Shown: in pieces, positions 19,689 through 29,876 of the stretch
Layout: each line of letters begins with the position of its first letter
Numbering within the stretch: the first letter of the stretch is position 1
From: Cyclobacteriaceae bacterium
GTDB taxonomy: Bacteria > Bacteroidota > Bacteroidia > Cytophagales > Cyclobacteriaceae
Length of the DNA stretch: 64,000 nucleotides
Assembly: GCA_044227305.1 (NCBI GenBank)
Contig: JBGAFJ010000003.1
Coordinates: forward strand, 89,667-153,666
Direction of reading: 5' to 3'
Notes under the pieces: model-generated
Told to the model about the DNA's origin: nothing
Seen by the model: the letters and a program-made list of their open reading frames with translations, nothing else
The model's database searches: none
Translations under genes and position numbers: made by a program

Positions 19689-20858
19689 ATGAAAACCATT
19701 GCCTTCACGATACTCATGATGCAAAGCCTGCTGGTTTATGGTCAGGGCTTTGCAGACAAAACCAACGCAATCAAACTGAACTACAATCAGACGTTAACCC
19801 CAACAACGCTTCCTGTGATCACCTGGACTATGCCACGATCTGAGCGATCCAACAGCATTGAAGAATCAGTCACCTTCGAAGCGGAGATTAAATCCGATGT
19901 GATTCTGAAGCAAATTCGTCTGGAGTTAACCAGTGGTGGACAGACGCGGACCAGGATCATTCCTATTGGTGAAAATGATTTGAGTAAGACACTTCGCCAG
20001 CCCGTTAAACTGCTGGATGGCGAAAACATAATACGCATCGTCGCAGAGAACATAAAAGGCGGAGCAGTGAGCAGCACGCGCTCCATCCTCATGGGTCGGG
20101 ATGCCATTGCAGATGCCGTCGATATCAATCGCAGAGACTACGCGCTGATCTTCGCAACAGATAACTACGAAAACTGGTCCGATCTGGTCAACCCAATCAA
20201 TGACGCACGCACGATTGAAAAAATACTGACGGAGAAATATGGATTTCAGACAGAGATCGTGGAAAATGCAACCAACGACGAAGTGTGGGCCAAGATCACC
20301 GACTACAATACCAAAAAGTTCAATCCGCAGGATCAGCTGTTCGTATTTTTCGCTGGCCATGGCTCGTTTGATCAGACGCTCGGCGAAGGCTATGTTGTGG
20401 CAAGCAATTCGCTGATGAATGACAAAGGCCGCTCTTCTTACATCTCACATATTCTCCTGCGTGAACGTCTGAACAATATCCGGTGTGAACATATATTCTT
20501 AATGATGGATGTGTGTTTTGGCGGAACCATCGATCCCCTGTTAGCCAAAGCGCGCGCCGGAGAAGACATGGATGAAGCAGCAGACAAACAATATCTGGTG
20601 AAGAAGCTCACCCGCCGGACACGGAAGTTCCTCACCAGCGGAAGCAAGGAATACGTTTCAGATGGAATCGCAGGAAAGCATTCTCCTTTTGCTGAGAAAT
20701 TTATCCTTGCCCTCAAAGAAATAGGCGGGGGTACCGGACGCATTCTCTCTTTGCTCGAACTGCAAACCTATTTTCTGAAGTTGCCCACCGAGCCGCGGTT
20801 TGGGAGTTTTGGCTCCGACGATCCCGCCAGCGATTTTGTGTTCGTCGCCAAACAATAA
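19689..20858 (+). CDS. Caspase-family (peptidase C14) protein with signal peptide and N-terminal Ig-like domain
   Basis: DYALIFATDNY, LVNPINDA, FFAGHG (catalytic His), MMDVCFGG (catalytic Cys) and HSPFA motifs. Confidence 0.9.
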   Translation: MKTIAFTILMMQSLLVYGQGFADKTNAIKLNYNQTLTPTTLPVITWTMPRSERSNSIEESVTFEAEIKSDVILKQIRLELTSGGQTRTRIIPIGENDLSKTLRQPVKLLDGENIIRIVAENIKGGAVSSTRSILMGRDAIADAVDINRRDYALIFATDNYENWSDLVNPINDARTIEKILTEKYGFQTEIVENATNDEVWAKITDYNTKKFNPQDQLFVFFAGHGSFDQTLGEGYVVASNSLMNDKGRSSYISHILLRERLNNIRCEHIFLMMDVCFGGTIDPLLAKARAGEDMDEAADKQYLVKKLTRRTRKFLTSGSKEYVSDGIAGKHSPFAEKFILALKEIGGGTGRILSLLELQTYFLKLPTEPRFGSFGSDDPASDFVFVAKQ

Positions 20859-20900
20859 TTTCTATACAAGACAGCTTCCTTGCCGAACCGTCCAACATCA

Positions 20901-20940
20901 AAATAAAACGCCTCAGGAATCCTGAGGCGTCTTTATTATT
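20901..20940. terminator. Bidirectional intrinsic terminator
   Basis: Stem ACGCCTCAGG-aat-CCTGAGGCGT (20908-20930), flanked by A-rich and T-rich tracts, between convergent genes. Confidence 0.85.
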
Positions 20941-20959
20941 AGTAAATAAACTGAATGTT

Positions 20960-23900
20960 CTACCTCTTCAACGGCTCATAACTCTTAAACGGATTGATGC
21001 TCACCTTCTCCATCGCCGCACGATACTCCGGCCACTGCTTCTCGTAAAATTTGTTCACGCGATCCAGGATGCGGTCGATCTGATCGGAAGCCTGCTTCAT
21101 CACGCGCTCGTCGGTGGCGTTCACGGGATCTTTCGAAGAAGCAATGTAGTTCTGCGCTGTAAAGATGTAAGACACCGGCGTGGGTATCGGCGACGCAGCA
21201 AGCCCCTGGCGCTTGTCTTCCTTGCCGATCATAAAGTCGATTACGGCGTTGATCGAATCTTTGATGACCTTCGTTTTATCAGTCGCATCTTTCAGATCTG
21301 TACGCTTCGACTCCTTGATGCGCTTCTCGTAGTCGTCGGCAATCTCCAGCGACTCTTTTAATCTTTCACTCGCCTGTGACGCAAGGCCTGTCATCTTCTG
21401 AAGGTCTTTCAAAAGGGTATACCGCGCCTGCAGGACGTTATCAATATTGGGATAGCGTGGATCTGATTTCACTACAACCATCGTCGAATCTTTCTTGCCG
21501 TCGTACGTGATGCGCACTTTGTACGTGCCGGGCAACACCTGGGGACCAGCAGGTTCGTCGCCACCACGACGACGGACGCCACGTGATGGACTGCGCTCTC
21601 CTTTTTCATTCATCGCCCAATAAATGCGATTGAATCCGTTGTCGTCGGATACTTTTTGCTTGACCGTGCGGATCTTCTCGTTCTTTGCGTTGAACACTTC
21701 CATCGTAAGCGAATCCGCCTTCTGCGCCTTCTCATCCTTTTTATCATCTTTGCTTTCCTCCGCTTTCGGCGACGGCGTTATTTTGTTTTTATCGACCGTA
21801 GCCTTCTTCGACTTATCATCTGCTTTGTTCTCCTCTTTCTTCGGCTCCTCCTTCTTTTCAGGTTTGTTGATCACATAGGAGATCATCGCACCGGAAGGCC
21901 TGTTCTCTCCTTCGAACATCGAATTGCCGGGGAATAAAATGCCGGTTGGATCCTGAAAGGTCACTTGATACGCATTGGGCGCATCGAATACATAGAGACC
22001 GTTGTTCAACACCGTAGGTCCGGTTTTCACCATCTCACGTAATGGTCGGATGTCGTCCAACACAAAAAGCGCGCGACCAAACGTGCAGATCACCAGATCA
22101 TGTTCGCGGGGATGAATGACGAGATCCATCACCGGCACACCGGCAGGAAGGCCTGAAGTCCAGCGTGTGTAAGTCTTTCCTTCATCAAGACTTACAAACA
22201 ATCCGTTTTCAGCACCGACAAAAATCAATTTAGGTTCTACCGGATCTTGTTGAACAGCAAGGATGTAGTTGTTGTCGCCGAACTCAGCGGCGGTTGCAAT
22301 GCTCTCCCAGGTCTGACCAAAGTCACGGGAACGGAACAGGTAAGGCTTGTAATCGAATAACCGGTAGTTGTTCACCACCACAAACACTTCACCTGCCTTG
22401 TATTCCGATGCCCTGATCTGCGGAATCCACGCGCCTTTCGGCATGCCGGAGATTTTTGATGTGACATTGGTCCAGTTCTTTCCGCCGTCGCGGGTAAGTT
22501 GTACCTGGCCGTCGTCGGTTCCAACCCAGATGACACCTTTGTCAACAGCACTCGGCGCGACTGCCAGGATGGTACAGTGATTTTCAGCACCCGTAGCATC
22601 GATCGTCAGACCACCGCTCTCATGCGCTTTCTGTTTTTCAGGATCGTTGGTGGTCAGATCTGGTGAAATGACTTCCCAGGTTGATCCTTTGTCGGTGCTC
22701 TTGTGTAAAAACTGGCTGCCATAGTAGATCGTACCGTTCTCTTTCGGATCCTGCGCAAAGCCCGCATTCCAGTTGAAGCGGAGCCTTACTTTGGTATCAG
22801 GGTGCGTGGGACGAATACTTTTCGTGTGACCTGTCTTTCGATCGAAGCGACCGAGGGCACCGCCCTGCGACATCGCGTAGCCGAAACGATTGTCATCCAT
22901 GTCAGGTGCTGTATCGAATCCGTCACCGAACATCACGGTCTGCCAATACATGTTTCTGATGCCGCCATCTTTCCATGTATAAGCCGGCCCTACCCAAGAG
23001 CCATTGTCTTGCAAGCCGCCATACACATTATAAGGTTGATCCATGTCAACGTTGACGTGGTAGAACTGACCCACGGGAATGTTGTCGATAAACGTCCAGT
23101 TCTTTCCGTAATCGTAGGTGATGTTCAGACCACCGTCGTTACCATCGATCATGTGTGCCGGATTGTTGGGATCGATCCACCAAGCGTGATGATCGGGGTG
23201 AACACCGGAATAAGGAAGCAACTTTTGAAATGACTTACCGGCATCGATACTGACATTCACTTCTGAATACACCGTGTACAAACGATTTTCATTTTGCGGA
23301 TCGACGTGCAATTCTGAATAATAAAAAGGACGGTCTCCGATTTCATCCATGTTGCCGTTGATCATCTCCCACTTAAAACCCCCATCATTGGAGCGATAGA
23401 GTCCATTCTTCTTGCTCTCGACCAAGGCATAAACAACATCCGGTTTGCTTGCCGCGATGTCGAGGCCGATGCGTCCAAGATCACCTTCAGGAAGACCGTC
23501 TTTGCTGGTGCGCCTCGCCCAGGTCTTGCCGCCATCGAACGTGATGTACAAGCCCGATCCGGGGCCACCTGATTTGAAACTCCACGGCCAGCGGCGGTGC
23601 TGCCACATCGACGCGATCAGTTTATTCGGATTGCGTGGATCCATGACGAGGTCAGCGCAACCGGTCTTCTCATCGACGAACAATACGCGCGTCCACGTGG
23701 CGCCGCCGTCGGTTGTTTTATAAACACCCCGTTCAGGATGTTCACCCCAGGGTGATCCGATGGATGCCACATACACGACATCAGCATTGTTGGGATCAAT
23801 AATGACTTTATAAATATTGCGGGTCTTCTCAAGGCCCATCAACTTCCAGTTCTTTCCGCCATCGAGACTTTTATAAATACCGTAACCACTGTTGAGACTG

Positions 23901-24241
23901 TTGCGCGGGTTGCCTTCGCCGGTTCCTACCCACACCACGGATGGGTTGTCTTGCTGGACTGCGATCGCACCTATAGAGAGAACCGCTTCTTTATCAAAAA
24001 TCGGTTCCCAGTTAACACCGCCGCTGGTGCTTTTCCACACACCGCCGGATGCGGCGCCCGCATATATAATGTTCGGGCTGCTGTTTACAGATGCAATGGA
24101 TGTGATACGGCCGCTCATGCCAGCGGGCCCAATGCTGCGGGGTTTATAGCCTTTCAATTTTTCCATGTCAAGTTTCTGAGCAACGAGACATGCCTGGCTG
24201 GCAAGGATTACAGCCAGGGTAACGAAAACGATTTTCTTCAT
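20960..24241 (-). CDS. VPS10/sortilin-like BNR (Asp-box) repeat protein, often annotated glycosyl hydrolase
   Basis: Signal peptide, PRSIGPAGMSGRI start and many SxDGGxTW Asp-boxes (KSTSGGVNW, KSLDGGKNW, KTTDGGATW, TRDGGKNW). Confidence 0.88.
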   Translation of the reverse strand: MKKIVFVTLAVILASQACLVAQKLDMEKLKGYKPRSIGPAGMSGRITSIASVNSSPNIIYAGAASGGVWKSTSGGVNWEPIFDKEAVLSIGAIAVQQDNPSVVWVGTGEGNPRNSLNSGYGIYKSLDGGKNWKLMGLEKTRNIYKVIIDPNNADVVYVASIGSPWGEHPERGVYKTTDGGATWTRVLFVDEKTGCADLVMDPRNPNKLIASMWQHRRWPWSFKSGGPGSGLYITFDGGKTWARRTSKDGLPEGDLGRIGLDIAASKPDVVYALVESKKNGLYRSNDGGFKWEMINGNMDEIGDRPFYYSELHVDPQNENRLYTVYSEVNVSIDAGKSFQKLLPYSGVHPDHHAWWIDPNNPAHMIDGNDGGLNITYDYGKNWTFIDNIPVGQFYHVNVDMDQPYNVYGGLQDNGSWVGPAYTWKDGGIRNMYWQTVMFGDGFDTAPDMDDNRFGYAMSQGGALGRFDRKTGHTKSIRPTHPDTKVRLRFNWNAGFAQDPKENGTIYYGSQFLHKSTDKGSTWEVISPDLTTNDPEKQKAHESGGLTIDATGAENHCTILAVAPSAVDKGVIWVGTDDGQVQLTRDGGKNWTNVTSKISGMPKGAWIPQIRASEYKAGEVFVVVNNYRLFDYKPYLFRSRDFGQTWESIATAAEFGDNNYILAVQQDPVEPKLIFVGAENGLFVSLDEGKTYTRWTSGLPAGVPVMDLVIHPREHDLVICTFGRALFVLDDIRPLREMVKTGPTVLNNGLYVFDAPNAYQVTFQDPTGILFPGNSMFEGENRPSGAMISYVINKPEKKEEPKKEENKADDKSKKATVDKNKITPSPKAEESKDDKKDEKAQKADSLTMEVFNAKNEKIRTVKQKVSDDNGFNRIYWAMNEKGERSPSRGVRRRGGDEPAGPQVLPGTYKVRITYDGKKDSTMVVVKSDPRYPNIDNVLQARYTLLKDLQKMTGLASQASERLKESLEIADDYEKRIKESKRTDLKDATDKTKVIKDSINAVIDFMIGKEDKRQGLAASPIPTPVSYIFTAQNYIASSKDPVNATDERVMKQASDQIDRILDRVNKFYEKQWPEYRAAMEKVSINPFKSYEPLKR

Positions 24242-24433
24242 GGATTTAAGGGATTAAACAGGGCTAAAATAGACTGAAAGCTCCTCAACTGCGTAAAAAG
24301 ATGCAGGAGTGGGAAATAAATGTCTTTGACCGGCGGAAGCGAGATGATTAAAGTCAGAAGTGAGATAGCGACGAGCATAAATTTTGAACCGACGGTTTCG
24401 AATTCATATCTTGTTTATAACTCAAACCCACCT

Positions 24434-25891
24434 ATGAAACCCATGTCAACCTCCTGGACGAGCCGACGACTCAAACTCCCGGTCCTTCAATTTCTCCTGA
24501 TTTCATCGATATCATTATACGCGCAAACACCCTATGACATCGTGCTCAAAGGGGGTCGCGTCATTGATCCCGAAACGGGTCTCGATGCGGTTCGCAACGT
24601 GGGCATTCGTGCGGGAAGGATTGTAGAGATTTCTTCCAATGCGTTGAATGGAAAAGAAGTGATCGACGTGTCGGGCAACGTGGTGTCGCCGGGGTTTATC
24701 GATCTCCATGCGCACGGACAAACGAACAAAGAAAATGAATATCAGGCTCATGACGGAGTGACCACGGCGCTTGAACTGGAAAGCGGAAGGCCTGAACTCG
24801 CGAACTGGCTTGAGTCCCGTCGCGATAAAGCGATGATCAACTACGGCGCAACGGTGGCGCATGCGTGGGCGCGCGCTGAAATTTTGTACAGGACTGGCGA
24901 TAAGTCCATCGAACAGGGCAGCGCGAAATTCAACTACATGTCGCTAACCGCAGAACAAACCAAAGCCACACTCGAATTGATGGACAAAGAACTAAAGGCA
25001 GGCGCGCTGGGTATCGGAGTTCCGATCGGCTATTATCCTGGGGCAACACGGGAGGAAGTGTTCGATGTGTACGAATGGTCGGCGAAACAAAACGCGATGG
25101 TGTTCTCTCACATCCGTGAAGGGAAAGCGCTAGCCGTACAGCAGGCGATCGCGGATGCAGCGGCCAATGGGACTGCACTTCACATCGTTCATCTCAACAG
25201 CGTAACACGTGATGAGATTGAACTGGCATTGCGAATGGTGACGAATGCGCAACAACACGGGGTGAATGTGACCACCGAGTTGTATCCTTACGCTGCTTCC
25301 TCCACAGACATCGCATCCGCATTGTTTGACGAAGGATGGCGTGAGCGCATGGGCATCACCTACAGCGACCTGATGTGGGTGGCTACGGCGGAAAGACTCA
25401 ACGAACAGACATTCAACGAAAGAAGAAGAACCGGTGGCACAATCGTGATCTTCAACATGAAGCCGGAGTGGATCAAAAAAGGAATCGAGTCGCCGGTGAC
25501 TGTGATCGGATCGGATGGTATGCCCTACTCAAAATTTGCTCACCCCCGTTCTGCCGGAACCTTCTCGCGTGTACTGGGTGTGTACGTTCGCGAGATGAAA
25601 TCACTTTCACTTATCGATGCACTGAAAAAGATGACCATTCGCCCCGCACAACGGTTGGAACCCTTCGCGCCGATGATGCGGTTCAAGGGAAGAATCCAGG
25701 TCGGTGTCGATGCAGACATCACGGTGTTCGATCCCAACACCATCATCGACAAAGCTACATTCGAAGGTGGATTGAAATTTTCAGAAGGAATCAAACATGT
25801 AATCGTCAACGGCACGTTTGTGATTAAGAACGGCGCCACCATCGGAAATGTGTTTCCTGGTCAGGCGATCGTAGGGAAGTACAAGAATTGA
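24434..25891 (+). CDS. Secreted amidohydrolase, N-acyl-D-amino-acid deacylase-like
   Basis: YDIVLKGGRVIDPETGLD, PGFIDLHAH, IGSDG, GTFSRVLG and GVDADITVFDP motifs. I prefer the ATG at 24434, which gives a signal peptide; the ORF track starts at 24320. Confidence 0.85.
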   Translation: MKPMSTSWTSRRLKLPVLQFLLISSISLYAQTPYDIVLKGGRVIDPETGLDAVRNVGIRAGRIVEISSNALNGKEVIDVSGNVVSPGFIDLHAHGQTNKENEYQAHDGVTTALELESGRPELANWLESRRDKAMINYGATVAHAWARAEILYRTGDKSIEQGSAKFNYMSLTAEQTKATLELMDKELKAGALGIGVPIGYYPGATREEVFDVYEWSAKQNAMVFSHIREGKALAVQQAIADAAANGTALHIVHLNSVTRDEIELALRMVTNAQQHGVNVTTELYPYAASSTDIASALFDEGWRERMGITYSDLMWVATAERLNEQTFNERRRTGGTIVIFNMKPEWIKKGIESPVTVIGSDGMPYSKFAHPRSAGTFSRVLGVYVREMKSLSLIDALKKMTIRPAQRLEPFAPMMRFKGRIQVGVDADITVFDPNTIIDKATFEGGLKFSEGIKHVIVNGTFVIKNGATIGNVFPGQAIVGKYKN

Positions 25892-26049
25892 ATGGAAAAT
25901 TAAAGAATGGAAGAAGCAGCCTATTCTCAACTCCTTCTTCCATTCTCCCATTCTCTCATTCTCCCATTCTTCCATTCTTCCATTCTCCCATTCCCCCCTT
26001 CCCCCATTCTTCCATTCTTCCATTCTCTCATTCCCCCATTCTCAAATTC
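25890..26049. repeat. Degenerate octamer tandem tract (YCATTCTY)n, about 13 units, with a short inverted GAATGGAA arm
   Basis: ccattctc ccattctc tcattctc ccattctt ... at 25941-26044. Two gaatggaa copies lie immediately upstream. Confidence 0.9.
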
Positions 26050-26053
26050 CCAC

Positions 26054-26061
26054 TAACTTTG
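26054..26061 (+). promoter_or_regulatory. Bacteroidota housekeeping promoter -7 box (TAACTTTG)
   Basis: Matches TAnnTTTG about 25 nt upstream of the AsmA-like CDS. Confidence 0.55.
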
Positions 26062-26086
26062 TCCTGACATCCAATCGTCGGGCAAG

Positions 26087-28579
26087 TTGCGGATTATAAA
26101 AAAGGTCATCCTCTGGTTCCTGGCAACGGTTCTCGTTGTGCTGGTGGCGCTCGTCGGGTCCGTTTTTCTTTTCAAGGATCGCATCATCCAGCAATTCATC
26201 CGCGAAGCGAACAAAAGCCTCGGCACGCCGGTCAAAATCGGGAAGATTGAAGTCTCCGCTTTCGATGAATTCCCCAATTTGGCGATCGTGCTTACGGACG
26301 TTTACGTGGAGGACAGCCATGAAGGGGAATATCCTTTGCTCACCGCAAAAAAAGTTTCGTTCACGCTGAACACCCTGGAAGTGTGGCGAGGCGTCTACCG
26401 GATACGCGGCCTACAGATCCGCGACAGCGAGACAAATCTCAAGATCGATAAACTGGGAAAAAATAATTACACGATTGTCAAGTCCGGGCAAGGTGGCGGT
26501 GGTGGTGTTTCATTTCATCTCGAAAATGTGAAGCTCACGAACACCTTTGTTTCTTATATCGACCTTGCTTCCTCTCACCATCACGAGTTCACCAGCGCCC
26601 AGCTCACCGCCAACATCAAAGCAACCGGCGACCTGTATCACATCGAAGCAGTGGGCGACGTGGTTACGGAGCAGATCGGCGTAGGGAACTCCATCTGGTT
26701 CAGCAAAAAGATATTCGACATCAACGCGGTGGTGGACTACGACGATAATGGCAAGACGGTGAAGATTGAGCCGTCTCAGCTGACGATGGACAAAGCGCAC
26801 TTTGAGGTAACCGGCTTATATGAATTCAAAGAAAAGAACAAGATCGACCTGCATACGATTGGAAAAGATACAGACATCCGGCTGCTGCTTTCATTTTTTC
26901 CGGAGACTTCTGTCGAACGTTTTAGAAAATATCAAAGTAAGGGTGATGTGTATTTTGACTTGAAACTCAAAGGCGAGATCAGCAAGGAAAAAGATCCATT
27001 TCTGTCCGCGGCATTTGGCATGAAGAACGTGACCGTATTTCATCCCGACTCAAAAGCCCGGATTGAGGCCGCCAACTTCGATGGTTCTTTTGCCACACCC
27101 TCCTTCTCACGATTAAAAAGTGCGGAGTTGTTTCTTAGTCACATTTCCGGAACCCTGAACGGCGATCCCTTTACCGGGAATTTCAGCATGAAGAATTTTG
27201 AAGATCCGTACATCAACGTTGATTTTGATGGCGAATTGAATGCCGCCGACATTCTGAATTTCTTTCCGATCAAGGAGATCAACAACCTTTCAGGTCGGAT
27301 CAAGGCAGACGTTTCGATGTATGGAGAAATTGAACTCCTGAAAAAGAAAGCAACGGCTCAACAAGTTCACACGGAAGGGACCATTGATCTGAAAGACATC
27401 GGCTTCGCCATGACAGAAAGCAGAGCCCGCTTCACGGGTTTGAATGGCTCCATGCAGTTCAACAACAATGACCTGGCGATGAGCAACCTTCGTGGCAAGT
27501 TCGAGAACACCGATTTTGTCATGAACGGTTTCTTCAAAAACATCGTGACGTTCCTGATTTTTGAGAACCAGCCGGTAGGAATTGAAGCCGATCTGAAGTC
27601 AGATTTCGTGGATGTGGATCAGCTTTTTGAGATCGGATTTGGAACGGATGAGAAAGGGCCCTACAAATTCAGCATCTCCAACAATCTGAATCTCAATTTC
27701 AACTACGATATCAAGTCGATGAAGTACAAACGCTTCCACCCCACCGCAGTGAAGGGCGATCTGTTGGTGAAAGGTCAGGTGGCGGTGGCGAGAAATATTC
27801 ACCTCAAAGCGATGGACGGAACCATCGACCTTTCAGGAATTGTCGACGCGAAAAATCCGAAAGCGATCGATCTGATCAGTACAGCAAAATTCAATGGCAT
27901 CCAAATCGATTCCTTGTTCTATGTATTTGGAAATTTCCAGCAGGATTTCATCGATCACACCCATCTGAAGGGGCAGGCTTTCGCAGAAATTTCAATGGAA
28001 GCTACTTTGGACGAAACCTTGCGCATCTTCCAGGAGACTCTGGTGGCTGACGTTAGCGCCACGATCAAAAATGGCGAGCTTAACAATTTCCAGCCCATGC
28101 AAAAACTCAACAAGTACCTGGACGATGAGGGATTGAACAAACTGCGTTTCGCCGATTTGAAAAACGACATTCACATCGAAAACAAAACAGTCTACATTCC
28201 ACAAATGGAGATCCGCAGCAATTTGACTACCATCATGCTGAGCGGAACGCACACATTTGATCAGCGCATCGACTATCGAGTGGTGGCACCGCTGCGTAAC
28301 AAAAAGAAAATCGATCCGGATGAAGCCTTTGGTGCGATTGAACAGGATAACACGGGGAAGTCAAAAGTTTTTCTGAAGATCATCGGAACCACAGAAAAAT
28401 ACGATGTGATCTACGACAAGGCAGCGGTAAAGAAGAAAATAACCGCCGACCTGAAAAAGGAAGTACAGGAACTGAAAGAAGCATTCAAGTTGAAAGGTCA
28501 AAAGAAAAAGAAGGAACTCGAACTGCAGAAGGATGAGTACTTTGACTGGGAAGAGGAACCGAAGAAGGTTAAGAATTGA
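26087..28579 (+). CDS. AsmA-family protein
   Basis: Single N-terminal TM anchor, long beta-rich body and C-terminal LKFADLKNDIHIENKTVYIPQMEIRSN...GTHTFDQRIDY. Non-ATG start. Confidence 0.85.
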   Translation: MRIIKKVILWFLATVLVVLVALVGSVFLFKDRIIQQFIREANKSLGTPVKIGKIEVSAFDEFPNLAIVLTDVYVEDSHEGEYPLLTAKKVSFTLNTLEVWRGVYRIRGLQIRDSETNLKIDKLGKNNYTIVKSGQGGGGGVSFHLENVKLTNTFVSYIDLASSHHHEFTSAQLTANIKATGDLYHIEAVGDVVTEQIGVGNSIWFSKKIFDINAVVDYDDNGKTVKIEPSQLTMDKAHFEVTGLYEFKEKNKIDLHTIGKDTDIRLLLSFFPETSVERFRKYQSKGDVYFDLKLKGEISKEKDPFLSAAFGMKNVTVFHPDSKARIEAANFDGSFATPSFSRLKSAELFLSHISGTLNGDPFTGNFSMKNFEDPYINVDFDGELNAADILNFFPIKEINNLSGRIKADVSMYGEIELLKKKATAQQVHTEGTIDLKDIGFAMTESRARFTGLNGSMQFNNNDLAMSNLRGKFENTDFVMNGFFKNIVTFLIFENQPVGIEADLKSDFVDVDQLFEIGFGTDEKGPYKFSISNNLNLNFNYDIKSMKYKRFHPTAVKGDLLVKGQVAVARNIHLKAMDGTIDLSGIVDAKNPKAIDLISTAKFNGIQIDSLFYVFGNFQQDFIDHTHLKGQAFAEISMEATLDETLRIFQETLVADVSATIKNGELNNFQPMQKLNKYLDDEGLNKLRFADLKNDIHIENKTVYIPQMEIRSNLTTIMLSGTHTFDQRIDYRVVAPLRNKKKIDPDEAFGAIEQDNTGKSKVFLKIIGTTEKYDVIYDKAAVKKKITADLKKEVQELKEAFKLKGQKKKKELELQKDEYFDWEEEPKKVKN

Positions 28580-28730
28580 CAGTTGGCAATTTCGTCGCTT
28601 CGCTCCGAACAGTTGGCAACGCACCCACCTGCATCATCAACAGGTTCTGAACTGAATAAAAGCAAGTGAATCCTTTGAGGGACTTTGTTAACTGCCCGAA
28701 CGAAGTGAGGGGATTGTCAACTGCCAAATT
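28578..28730. repeat. MITE/REP-like inverted-repeat element (CAGTTGGCAA family)
   Basis: Left arm gacagttggcaatttcgtcgcttcgctccgaacagttggcaac and right arm gttaactgcccgaacgaagtgagggattgtcaactgcc, in a convergent intergenic gap. Confidence 0.75.
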
Positions 28731-28734
28731 GTTT

Positions 28735-29850
28735 TTAGAATAAAGTAAGCCTCTCCTTCCTCAACGAACATTTCATATTCAGCGAATCCCTCCTCCACGT
28801 TCCCCAAATCTCCAGACTATCTGACCTCCTATCGAAACGCCAGTGAACAGGTGGTTCGAATTCATTATTGGCCGTACGAAACGTGAGCGTAAGGCCCTTC
28901 TTCGATTCATCCACTGCGAGAATAAACCGGTCGCGGATCATATCATTTTTGATAACACCCAGGCTTCCTTCGAAGTAAAGTTTGTTCGCGCAAAGAGAAT
29001 CTGTCTCGTGCACGGGTTGCCATTGATCTGATGTCCATTTCCTCACTTCCTCTACGCGCCACGCACCCTGCACACTCGGCAGCGAACTCAATCGGTTTGA
29101 ATATTGATAGGTGTCATAAAACTTCTCCGCTCCCCAGAGTACGATCCCTGCCACAATCAGGGTATTCATCACGCGAACGGTAGTCCTGAGCCAACGCGGT
29201 TGAATGTCGACCTCTTCTTCAGGCGGAACCTCCCGGTTCGAAATGAAAAATTTCCAAAGCCGATTGGTGCGTTGCAAAATCAGAAACATCGCCAGCGCGA
29301 AATACAATCCTGAATTCAGCTTCAGGCATACTTCAAAAAATACGTTGATGAAAAAAACATTCAACATCACCACCGCCGCGACGATCGCTCCCAGCAACGC
29401 CGTTCTTCTGAACAGCAGCAACACGGCCGGAATCATCTCTCCCCAACCCAAAAACATCTGATACCCTTTGGAATAACCGAAAAATGTCCACGCCACGCGC
29501 ATGGGATTTAATTCGATAAACCGCGCGTCCATGTTGGCCATCATGTGCGGAAACTGGGTGGCCATCACCTTCACGATACCGTAAAACACAAGGACGCAAG
29601 CAAGGAAATAGCGAACCAGATCCCGGTTGATCAATTGCGCAACAGTCAGATTTTCAGTCTTCGTGGTCAAGCTAAAAACCAAACCAGCGATGAGGCCGAT
29701 CGCAAGTCCAATATAGAATACCAGAAAATGCTGCGGATAGTCGCCGCACGTCCCACCACGCTCCTGAAATAGCACGCTCGCTGCCGCACCTACGGCAACA
29801 AAAGAAACCGTGGTGGCAAAAATCTCAAAAGGGGTTTTTGAAGAAGACAT
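28735..29850 (-). CDS. DoxX-like multi-pass membrane protein, paralog 2
   Basis: Start chosen at MSSSK (29850) to avoid overlap with the upstream paralog. Motifs YGIVKVMATQF, AWTFFGYS, GEMIPAVLLLFRRTALLGA and EVCLK. Confidence 0.7.
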   Translation of the reverse strand: MSSSKTPFEIFATTVSFVAVGAAASVLFQERGGTCGDYPQHFLVFYIGLAIGLIAGLVFSLTTKTENLTVAQLINRDLVRYFLACVLVFYGIVKVMATQFPHMMANMDARFIELNPMRVAWTFFGYSKGYQMFLGWGEMIPAVLLLFRRTALLGAIVAAVVMLNVFFINVFFEVCLKLNSGLYFALAMFLILQRTNRLWKFFISNREVPPEEEVDIQPRWLRTTVRVMNTLIVAGIVLWGAEKFYDTYQYSNRLSSLPSVQGAWRVEEVRKWTSDQWQPVHETDSLCANKLYFEGSLGVIKNDMIRDRFILAVDESKKGLTLTFRTANNEFEPPVHWRFDRRSDSLEIWGTWRRDSLNMKCSLRKERLTLF

Positions 29851-29876
29851 GCTGGGTGTCGGTACTTGGCGCCGGC

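Noticed and set aside
25781-26023. 80-aa ORF MEEWKNGGRGEWENGR...
   Set aside because: It is a translation of the octamer tract.
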